DNA of 63,460 bases, the filler included, from Octopus bimaculoides (Eukaryota): NCBI RefSeq assembly GCF_001194135.2. It is 6 parts of 5 records of this genome, joined end to end, with 100 filler letters (N's around TTAATTAATTAA, not from the genome) between each part and the next. Parts side by side here need not be neighbours in the genome. Positions count along the whole stretch, not along the records: positions 41,109 to 58,000 come from NC_068999.1; positions 58,101 to 62,023 come from NC_069008.1; positions 62,124 to 63,460 come from NW_026351465.1; 3 more parts are not named here. One strand, 5' to 3'. The notes beneath the pieces are model-generated. The model was not told the origin of the DNA, searched no databases, and worked only from the letters and a program-made list of their open reading frames with translations. The position numbers and the translations under genes are program-made. Shown piece after piece: positions 52,406-63,460 of this stretch. Positions within the stretch are counted from its first letter, which is position 1; each line of letters opens with the position of its first letter.

Positions 52406-54823
52406 ATACCAATTTGAATATATCTTCACAAAAATCATATTGTCTATTTTGAAGGCCTCTGCATGGTTTTTGTCCTGTTTGAAATAAACCGCAATATTTC
52501 TTGATATTCATTGTGATAATGTCTAGCTTTTCACTCCTCATTTCCGTTTTCTGTAAAACCAAAAGTGAATAGCCATACGAAAAGTTGATTTCTGTTCGAA
52601 TTTTTTTGATTTCTGTTCGAACATTTCAACCTTTTTCAGAACATTAGTTGTTTTAAAAATATGAGATTCCCGATTTTTATTATTATTATTTTTCAGGTTG
52701 TTCAGTTGTTTGGCTTATTGCTGTCTTTAAATATTGAGACATGCGGTTTCAGGTAGAAGTGGAGAATTATAGCAGTTTCCAAGAAATGGAGATTCGTATG
52801 ACCCAGAAAAATATCTCGGCATCTTATAAGTATTTAATTATAAACAGCATTAAAAACATTCAAGTTTAAAAAGTAATCACAAATAAATTTGCCATATGAG
52901 TACTTTAAAAGCAGGAATATAACGAGAAAAAAACATATAAATGGGAAAAAACTAACTGTTACAAGTATTTAAATAAAAGCACAATATTTTAAAGATAAAA
53001 TCGTTGAAGATACGATGTACGAGAGCTGAAATTGCAGTTTTATACATTTAAAAGATTTATGAATTTATGGATCTATCAAGATTTATAACCTCTTCAGCAA
53101 CCAACATTCATTCTCGCTACGCTACTTCATGTAATCTACACATGCGCGTGCATATATTCATATATATATAATTTTTATGAATATTTAGCAGAAGCTACAG
53201 AATGCCTCAAGGTCCAAGTGCTTCCTGCGCCAGCACTTATCAAACTAGTTACATGTAGAGGAGCTGTGGGTTTATATAGTGTGTACATATGTACAGATAT
53301 GTAATAATGTGCATTATTATTTTTTTGCATATATAGGTAGGTCATATCTTCCATTTGTCGTCTTTTTATTTAATTCTAATATCTATATATATATATATAA
53401 TGGGACAAAAACGCAGATTAAATAAAAAGACAACAAAATGAAATATTGTATATATANNNNNNNNNNNNNNNNNNNNNNNNNNNNNNNNNNNNNNNNNNNN
53501 NNNNNNNNNNNNNNNNNNNNNNNNNNNNNNNNNNNNNNNNNNNNNNNNNNNNNNNNNNNNNNNNNNNNNNNNNNNNNNNNNNNNNNNNNNNNNNNNNNNN
53601 NNNNNNNNNNNNNNNNNNNNNNNNNNNNNNNNNNNNNNNNNNNNNNNNNNNNNNNNNNNNNNNNNNNNNNNNNNNNNNNNNNNNNNNNNNNNNNNNNNNN
53701 NNNNNNNNNNNNNNNNNNNNNNNNNNNNNNNNNNNNNNNNNNNNNNNNNNNNNNNNNNNNNNNNNNNNNNNNNNNNNNNNNNNNNNNNNNNNNNNNNNNN
53801 NNNNNNNNNNNNNNNNAATAAACAAACAAAAAATCTTACGGTGACCATTCTGATAAAAAACATAAATATCAAATCTCCATTTTTTTCCTATCACGAACAT
53901 TGGTGTAGGCCTTCTCAAACCTTTTTGGCTTGGATGAGGGCTTGGATGATGCTATTGTTCCGTAAAAATTATTCATTTTATCATTTTTTTGACATCTTTG
54001 CTCATTCATCACTCATTCACGGAGAGAGGATAGAGCAAGCCTGGGTGTTAAAGGCTGGAGCATGACTGGTTGTGATTTCATGTTACTTAGTTTAGTGACG
54101 CTCTTCTGGAAGTGACTCAGGATGTTCATGAATCAACGGAAATTCGCTCGAAAAACAGGAAATTTGGTTGGTTGACAAAAGAACAAAATCTGAGTGAAAA
54201 TCAAGTACAAGAAATATTCCATAATAAATGATAAAACAAAGTATCGTCGTAACGATACCGATATAAAAAAGCATTTACACCCAGGGAATAAATTTGTGTG
54301 TCTCCGTGCGATTGCGATGTGAATAATGATATTGCATTGTAGTAGTCGTCGAATTCTGTAGCCGAGTGACTGCCGTAAATTCCAGCAGTAAGTTGACTTT
54401 AGCTATATTACGACCGCTGATTAATTAACACACAGTATACAGGTATATACAAAAAAAGAATGGTCATCAAAGAACAGGCGCCAAAGACAAAATCGTTAAT
54501 AACATTCCAATATATTGTTTATCCAAAGCTGATTAGAATGTTTACAAGAAATTGGATTCTAGCGACTTAAGCATGTACTGCGTCTGCTCTTATCAGCAGC
54601 TGATTCGCCAGCTACTGATAAAGATAATTTCTTAATGTGTTTACAGGATACCTGCATGCTTAGTTACATTCTGAGGTCATCAATTCCAGACAAAATCCTG
54701 TTTGGTGTTTGCAGTAGCTAACCTATCTGAAGATAGTGATTTAAGAACAATTCTCAAGCAATGAATTGGAGTATGGGATGTATGGATGTACACACACATA
54801 CATACATGCACACGCATACACAG

Positions 54824-54933
<110 letters not shown>

Positions 54934-56576
54934 NNNNNNNNNNNNNNNNNNNNNNNNNNNNNNNNNNNNNNNNNNNNNNNNNNNNNNNNNNNNNNNNNNN
55001 NNNNNNNNNNNNNNNNNNNNNNNNNNNNNNNNNNNNNNNNNNNNNNNNNNNNNNNNNNNNNNNNNNNNNNNNNNNNNNNNNNNNNNNNNNNNNNNNNNNN
55101 NNNNNNNNNNNNNNNNNNNNNNNNNNNNNNNNNNNNNNNNNNNNNNNNNNNNNNNNNNNNNNNNNNNNNNNNNNNNNNNNNNNNNNNNNNNNNNNNNNNN
55201 NNNNNNNNNNNNNNNNNNNNNNNNNNNNNNNNNNNNNNNNNNNNNNNNNNNNNNNNNNNNNNNNNNNNNNNNNNNNNTGTAAGAAAATAAGATAGAAATA
55301 AATCAATTAACAATTATATTTATTAATTACAAAAATAGACATAGTCCCTGACAGCTGTTTCGATTCAGACTTTAAAGTGTTTAATTAAATCATTATATAG
55401 TTGAATCTCGTCGGAGGTAGAAAATAGATAAACCGTTACATGTTTATGTTTTTATGTGTTAAGTGTACTGAACATTTCAGCTGAGTATTGTTTGATAGAT
55501 AAATTTGGTACAGACCTTATAAAGGGGGGAAAGGAAGTATATTTAGAATACATATGCAATATAATATATAATATACTTTGGGTAATCATAAAAATGTATA
55601 GAGATAAACAATATATAGTAATTAACCGTGTATTTAAGCATTATATTAATACTGGGTTAAGTATGTTTATAGAAATTTAAGTAATAATGGTGTATATATT
55701 CATAAGTGAAAATAAGAAATGGATAGTGTTATAGAAAAATTTTATGTATATTTGAATGCATATATAAATATAAATACCTTCAAATATTTATACATATAGA
55801 AATACATAAAAATATACGGGCACTTAAATTATCTCATCTTGCACATATACCTACATATATTTACGCGCTCATACATAATAAATACATGTAAATATCTGTA
55901 CAAAAATCACATGCAAAAACAAAAATTGTATAAATATATATTTGTGCAAGTAATATGTTACTGCTTAGATTCATACACAAAAATTTACTTATGTTCAAAT
56001 AGAGATCAGTAAAAATAAAAATACGAATGCAATAGTGAATAATAAATAAAAATGTACTTATTATATGTACGTATTTTAGTAAAATCTGACACCCCTAAAT
56101 CTATTTTATATCAATCAAATAAGTTAAAGGGAGTCCATTGGTCACATTTTAAAAATAAGTAGCGTTTCATTAATTTAAGTATTATTAAGGGTCATCTAAA
56201 ATGTAACAAATAAATGAGCAAAGAAAGAAATAAAATTTATAAAAAAACGGAGTTCCTTTGTTATGCGTATAAATAAGAGAGCAAGGAAAAAGTTCTTATA
56301 TCAAAGAAAAATATTTTATATTTTTTTTATAAATTTAAGGGATAAAATGCTTATGTGTGCGATGTAAAATATGATAAATAAAGAAAGAAACAAAATACAA
56401 GAACAGAGTTAATATATTATATCTATAAAATAAGACAGCAAGGAAAAATCTCTTATATCAAATTAAAATTTTTATATAGTTTCTAGTTTAGGGGATAACA
56501 TGCTTGTGTGTGCAAAAATAAAGTGTCAAGAGGAGGTAAATATGTGAATAATAGAAAATATTTTTTGTCTACTCTA

Positions 56577-56778
56577 TGCACAAGGCCCGAAATTTGGGGT
56601 GAGAGGGCCAGTCGATTAGATAGACTCCAGTACGCAACTAGTACTTAATTTATCAACCCAGAAAGGATGAAAGGCAAAGTCGACTTCGGCGGTATTTGAA
56701 CTCAGGACCTGAAGATAAACGAAATACCACTAGGTATTTATTACCCGGCGTGCTAACGTTGCTGCCAGCTCGCCGCTT
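56577..56778 (-). mobile_element. SINE family A, near full length
   Basis: Reverse complement of 13087-13295. Confidence 0.8.
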
Positions 56779-57649
56779 TGTTGACAGGAAAAATGTTGAA
56801 AACCTATTATGGATAAAATTATAACTTTATATAAAGGTCTGAAAAATAAATAAATCTATATATACTAGTTTAATAAATAATAAACAAAATATCTTGGTAA
56901 ATAATAGTAAGATAATGTAATACATTGTGGGGAAAAGAAGTTTAATATTAATAGGAAATCTAGTAGAGAGGGGAAAATTTTCAAATTAGTATGAACTATA
57001 TTAATAATAAATAATGGGGGAATAGAAATTAGCAATATTAAATTAATAATTACCTCTATTAGGGAATTGAGTAAAAATGTCTGAATATACGTGTATGAAT
57101 ATAAACAAAATAACATTTGTTTACATAAGCGTCGAAATGTGTATTGAATGATACAAATTAGATGATATTTTTTTCGAACGCAGAATTGCCGTTAGAACAG
57201 CAGAAAAATGGCAGGGTGTTGACAAATGTTTCCGTTTTGTACGAGTAATTTACCCCGTTTCCGGTTGTTCCAACGGCATTCTGCGTTCGAAAAGATGTCA
57301 TCTAATTTGTATCGCTCAATATATACATATACATACATACATACATANNNNNNNNNNTATATGTATAAAAGTTTTTCTCTCTACAATCATTTTGGCAATA
57401 ATGACTTGTCCGGGAGACAAGATTGTCTAAATAACAGTTACAGCACTATGGTGTGTGTGTGTGCGTGCGTGTCTTTCCTTTCTAAAAATTAACTTTACAT
57501 AGAACGCTTACTGCACGCTTTTTACGAGAGGCCATGTTTATTACTTATTACAAAGAAAAGGTAACAGTCTCTAAATTTCAGCTTCATCATATTACTATAC
57601 TGATGTAGTTCTCAGGGAGATTCAGTGCGACACAGAATGTAAAAAAGGC

Positions 57650-57811
57650 CAGTCGTTTGAAATAGAAGTACAACTCATTTCTACTATGTGAGTGGACTAG
57701 AGCAACAGGAAAAGAAGTGTCTTGCTCAAGGGCTCAGCGCGCCGCCGGAAATCGTACTCTCGACCTTACGATCGTGAACCGATTGCACCTAACCACTAAG
57801 CCACGCGCCTT
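57650..57811 (-). mobile_element. tRNA-derived SINE family B
   Basis: Minus strand GGCGCGTGGCTTAGTGGTTAGG (A box TGGCTTAGTGG), B-box-like GAGTACGATTTCC and CCTTGAGCAAGACACTT core. Confidence 0.75.
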
Positions 57812-57839
57812 CGCTTCATTATAATACATATTATCTCTT

Positions 57840-58000
57840 TATTGCCCACAAGGGGCTAAACATAGAGGGGACAAACAAGGACAGACAAAGAGATTACGTC
57901 GATTACATCGAACCCAGTGCGTAACTGGTACTTTATTTATCGACCCCGATAGGATGAAAGGCAAAGTCGACTTTGGCGGAATTTGAACTCAGAACGTAAC
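57840..58000 (-). mobile_element. SINE family A, 3' part (head cut by join)
   Basis: Reverse-complement homology. Confidence 0.7.
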
Positions 58001-58100
58001 NNNNNNNNNNNNNNNNNNNNNNNNNNNNNNNNNNNNNNNNNNNNTTAATTAATTAANNNNNNNNNNNNNNNNNNNNNNNNNNNNNNNNNNNNNNNNNNNN
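58001..58100. other. Artificial scaffold join N44-TTAATTAATTAA-N44
   Basis: Linker at 58045-58056. Confidence 0.92.
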
Positions 58101-58102
58101 AC

Positions 58103-59144
<1,042 letters not shown>

Positions 59145-59429
59145 TTTGTTGTATGTTTTTATGCAATGGAAATTATAACTAAAATTTTCCAAAAACTTAT
59201 AATCTTTTTGTTTTGTTTTGTTTTTTTGCATTCCTTTCCTCTCCCTCCTTCCTTGACCACCCATCCGTTTTCCTGTCCATGGTGTAAGAACCTCTTTACC
59301 AAAACTCCTCCTGACAACCCTGCACATTATTCTTTATTGAACATCACATCCTTATAATTTCTGTATATTTATTGCTTATTATCTTTTAAATGATTCACTC
59401 ATTAAATATGTTATACAATAACATAAGTT

Positions 59430-60885
59430 ACTTCTGTGTATATTAAAAGTTTCTATAGTTTATTGTGGCAAGCTTTTGGACCGCAATTTTCATCATCATA
59501 TGTTCCCTTGAAGTCGAAAATTGGAAATGAGGTTATTAAAGATCCTTCTGGAATAATAAATAGATGGAGAGAACACTTTGCAGATCTTTTCCATAATCCG
59601 TCTTCAGCAATCGTGGATATCATAAACAACATTCCGCAAAGAGAGAGAGAGTAAAACACCTGGATGGTACACTTTCCATTGAAGAAGTAAATCTGGCATT
59701 GTGGAAACAGATCAGGTAAAGCTCCTGGATTGGATGGTATTCCAGTTGAAATTCTGAAAGTAGGTGGGGATCATATTTCATCTGAAATTCATAACCTGTC
59801 AACTTGAGCTTGGACTGAATCTTCTGTGCCACAAGAATGATAAATTGCATTGTGGTATATCTAGAGGGATAACTCTTCTGTCACATACCACGAAGATGCT
59901 TTCAAGGATCATGTTAGATCGTTTTGTTGAGAATGTGTGTCCACATGTAATTCTTGAAGAACAGTGTGGTTTCAGACCTGAGCGAGGAACAATGAACATA
60001 TTTTCTGTGAGGCAGGTTCAAGAGAAATGCTTAGAGGAACAAATACCACTATACCAGGTCTTCATAGATTTAACTAAGGCATTTGACATGGTAAACAGGG
60101 AGGCACTGTGGATTGTTTTGTGTAAACTCGGTTGTCCAGCACATTTTGGGAGCATTTTTAAGGAACTACAGAGAAACATGAAAGCTCAGGTAGTCTTTAA
60201 AGGTGAGCTATCTCATGTCATTTCAGTGGACAGCAGTGTCAACCAGGGAGATATTCCTGCCCCTACACTTTTCTCTATTTTGCTGCATTACTTTGGTATG
60301 CTTTCAAGGATTGCAATGTGAATCGGAATCAGATTTCGGACATTTGGTCGGATTTTTATTTTGACCTGGTTTAACAGCAAAGCAAAGACTTTCAAAATAC
60401 TTGTTAGAGTATTACTTTATGCTGATGCTGTTGATTTGTTGGCACACTCAGAGGGGGATATGCAACATTTAATGGACAGATTTTCCACTGCATGTGTAAA
60501 TTTCGGACTCACAGTTTGGGAAAAACCAAAGTAATGTTAACTCCTGTGCCAGGACAAACATATTCTGAACCAAATATATTTTGTGAATGGAACTAGGCTA
60601 GAAGTCGTTGACACCTTTGTTTACCTGGGAAGCACACTGTCAAGAGATGGTAGTCTTGAGGCAGATATAGACTATGAAATAGGGAAGGGAGGTGTTGCAT
60701 TTGGAAAGCTTGAAAAGCAAGTATGGGTGGATAGAGATATTTCTCTGCAGACAAGAATCGGTGTCTATAAAGTGTGTGTATTGTCTGCACTTCTTTATGC
60801 AAGTGAGACATGGACCACTTACAAGTGTTATATAAAAATGCTGGAGAAATTTCATGTAAAGTGCCTCAGAAATATCTTAAACCCT
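59430..60885 (+). mobile_element. RTE/BovB-like LINE reverse transcriptase region, truncated and frameshifted
   Basis: RWREHFADLF, APGLDGIPVE, EEQCGFRPERGT, FIDLTKAFDMVNR, QGDIPAPTLFS, LLYADA, FVYLGSTLS and LLYASETWT. Confidence 0.92.
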
Positions 60886-61938
60886 AAAGCTAAAACCAGT
60901 ACAAACACGAATGGTGTCATAAATCACAGTACTGCTGATAGTTGTTGTTGACAAACAACAGCACTAATTTTATTCAAGGGAAAAGATCCCATGACACCGT
61001 TGTTTACATTCCACGGCAGTAAATGTTTTCACCTCAATAGACGTTAGTGATTGGTTGAAATTACCGAAATGCGACAATTTTTTTACATGAAATAACTTTG
61101 AATACAAAAATTTTTATCTGTTCTATAACACAAAATATACAAGTATTCGAAGTTTGAGAGTGTTTCGGTACCAAAAACACTACATAAAACATAAATGAAA
61201 AGTGTTGCCCGTCAAATCAGAAAGACCCTCGCGCCGTTTCGGGGCCTACCTCTCGATGCCCCCCCACCCCCTCACTGATATTAGCGGTGACAGTATACGT
61301 GCGCACAACGACCGGAAGTTGTTGCGTAATAGTATCGAAAGATCGCCCACTTTACCCCTCCCCTCCCTCTCCTAATAGCGTCATTACCCTCTTGTCCTTC
61401 TGCACGGAGAGACACATCAACAGCAGTTAAACACATACGTAACGGGAGATAATTAGACATGCGCATTGAACGAACTTCTCAATTTGTGCTGATATCCGGT
61501 TAAATGACCTCTGCATAAATTTCTCTTAATAAGTTGATAATTCATTTATAATTCTTATAATATATTTCTCAACTACCAGACACATACACACACACACACA
61601 CATATATATATATAACAACTCTATCCTTTATGAAACAATTCCGTAAGTATTCATGAAAATATTCAATGTTTTTAATTCTGTAGACGTTCGGTTTTTGGCG
61701 CGTCGATTCTTTGTGCGATTTCTTTGTTTTATCAAAGAGAGATGTCTTTGATTTGTGCGGGATTTGGCTGCTATTTCTAGCGATGGAAGAGATTCTATGA
61801 GTTGTACGAAATTTGGTTAATATATAGTTTAATACCCGGTCACCAAAACGAACGAAGATGAAAACAAATATTTGCAAAGGACTTTGGGGAAATTCATATG
61901 ATCCGTTTTTTCCCTACAATTTCTTTTTATACCCTTTG

Positions 61939-61973
<35 letters not shown>

Positions 61974-62023
61974 TAAACCTTGGGAGAGGCATTATGCCGG
62001 TAATATATATATATATATATATT

Positions 62024-62123
62024 NNNNNNNNNNNNNNNNNNNNNNNNNNNNNNNNNNNNNNNNNNNNTTAATTAATTAANNNNNNNNNNNNNNNNNNNNN
62101 NNNNNNNNNNNNNNNNNNNNNNN
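62024..62123. other. Artificial scaffold join N44-TTAATTAATTAA-N44
   Basis: Linker at 62068-62079. Confidence 0.92.
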
Positions 62124-62215
62124 AAGAGTTAGTCCTGGGATCGATTTGCTCGACTAAAGGTAGTGCTGCAGCATGGCCACAGTCAAAAGACTGAAACCAG
62201 TAAAAGAGAGTAAAA
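62124..62215 (-). mobile_element. SINE-like family D, partial
   Basis: Reverse-complement homology (GCAGCATGGCCACAGTCAAAAGACTGAAAC). Confidence 0.65.
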
Positions 62216-62229
62216 GAGAGTATTCCGAC

Positions 62230-62850
62230 CATTACCATTCCCGGTGTATGTTAATACCGAGCCCCTTTCACTTCGTATCCATACTTCCGGCATAGTAGGC
62301 AGTGAAGGCTCTGCTCTACCTTGGGTCTTCGCTTGTATTCTTTCTGCGCAGCACTTTCACAAGCACTAACAATATCTCGACCCTCTTTCCACACATTTTG
62401 CAGAGTTTCGTTGCACTTCTGTGGTATATATTCCTTTTCCTTTGGTTGGTATTCAATGCCTGATCTTGGATAGTGATGATTAGGATTTCAGTCTTCTGTT
62501 TTAGGTTACCCTTGCTAAGCCAACTCCATGGTGCCCCCTGGTCTTTTAAGCTGTTAGTTTCGCGGTGGAATTGACCATGTTATTCCATGCGGAGTAGAGT
62601 TTCTTTACTTTCATTCGCTATTCGTAATTGGGATTCATTAGTACTCTCAAGTGCAGTTTTGGCAAATCCTTCTGCATTACCAGCATACTATAACAGCTCT
62701 TGTTTGCTATTTACTAAATATTCTGCCCTAGTTTTCTTTCACCGTTGATGCACTCCCGTTTGTTAATCATACCACTTCTACCTTTACACCTCTTCATGTA
62801 GAGCCCGTGTGCGTTCGCCTTAGGGTGAGGGGCACCATGCAATGGCATTG
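62230..62850 (-). mobile_element. R4/Dong-clade non-LTR retrotransposon fragment (post-RT and CCHC zinc-finger region)
   Basis: HPKANAHGLYMKR, HGQFHRE, WSWLSKGNLKQKTEILIITIQDQALNT, CKMCGK...IVSAC...QKEYKRR...H..LCRKYG. Confidence 0.8.
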
Positions 62851-63139
62851 TGTTTAGTTTTGTTGGTTAANNNNNNNNNNTCTCCGCTCGTATCCAATTG
62901 AAGATGGGTGAACGATAGCAGACTACAGCAACAACCGGTGTTGCCAGCTTGAAATCAGAATTTTATGTAGAAAAAATAACAAAAATGCTTTAAAATGCTA
63001 AATAAGAAAACAAAAATGTTAAAGACTAATTACATAAAAAGCTTAAGTTTTNNNNNNNNNNNNNNNNNNNNNNNNNNNNNNATAATTTCTTGAATTTCAC
63101 TGATTTGATTACTTTCAGCTGCAGTGCCTAGATCTTGGC

Positions 63140-63460
63140 TTCAGTATACATTCAAGGTCACAAACTTTGTTAAGCATGCGTTTTGGAATATCGGAGTTTT
63201 TGTAACATTCGCCATATCTCTTCGGCCCATAATTTATAGACAGTATTCGATCTATGTATAAGAATATAACATTTTGTTTAACAATCTCGATTTGATTATA
63301 GCCATACTACTGAATGACCGTTCAACTTCTGTATTTGAGTTTGCTAATGTCAATAGATTAATGGCAACGTTTGCAACATCTCTAAAAGGATTTTCTCCAG
63401 TAACATCTATATATTCCAAGACTTCCAGTCAGAATGTCTCAGTATTAGACGTATTTGTCC
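63140..63460 (-). mobile_element. hAT transposase C-terminal dimerisation domain, degenerate, runs off window end
   Basis: F*LEVLEYIDVTGENPFRDVANVAINLLTLANSNTEVERSFSSMAIIKSRLLNKM. Confidence 0.8.

Noticed and set aside
54095-54230. Short open frame DALLEVTQDV...FHNK* after an AG, and a similar one at 2049-2153
   Set aside because: Unrecognised peptides of a length expected by chance.
57770-57811. tRNA-like sequence
   Set aside because: It has A and B boxes but continues into a SINE body and does not form a full cloverleaf; it is a SINE head, not a tRNA gene.

Overview
This is eukaryotic, AT-rich, gap-riddled genomic DNA dominated by microsatellites, tRNA-derived SINEs and decayed transposons. 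There are no prokaryotic features, CRISPR arrays, rRNA or tRNA genes. The SINE families and the [13 protein letters not shown] zinc-finger pattern suggest an octopus or other coleoid cephalopod (inference). Most ORFs in the track are artefacts of microsatellites or N-gaps. The only host-gene-like sequence is a C2H2 zinc-finger array (58103-59144) with frameshifts and stops in its 5' part. Recognisable transposon remnants are: two Penelope-like (PLE) reverse transcriptases, a PLE GIY-YIG endonuclease, PLE-type terminal repeats with minimal hammerhead motifs, CRE-like and R4/Dong RLE retroelements, three RTE and two CR1 LINE pieces, an L1/Tx1-like gag ORF1, mariner, hAT and Helitron-like fragments. 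Five N44-TTAATTAATTAA-N44 spacers are artificial joins, so the window is six independently assembled pieces. I found no convincing intact novel system. The best leads are a 34-bp pri-miRNA-like hairpin (44768-44853), the PLE fold-back/inverted-repeat structure (46408-47963), the two hammerhead motifs, a double-5'-end mariner and an apparently gag-only retroelement. All family assignments come from motif recognition by eye, and most element boundaries are approximate.
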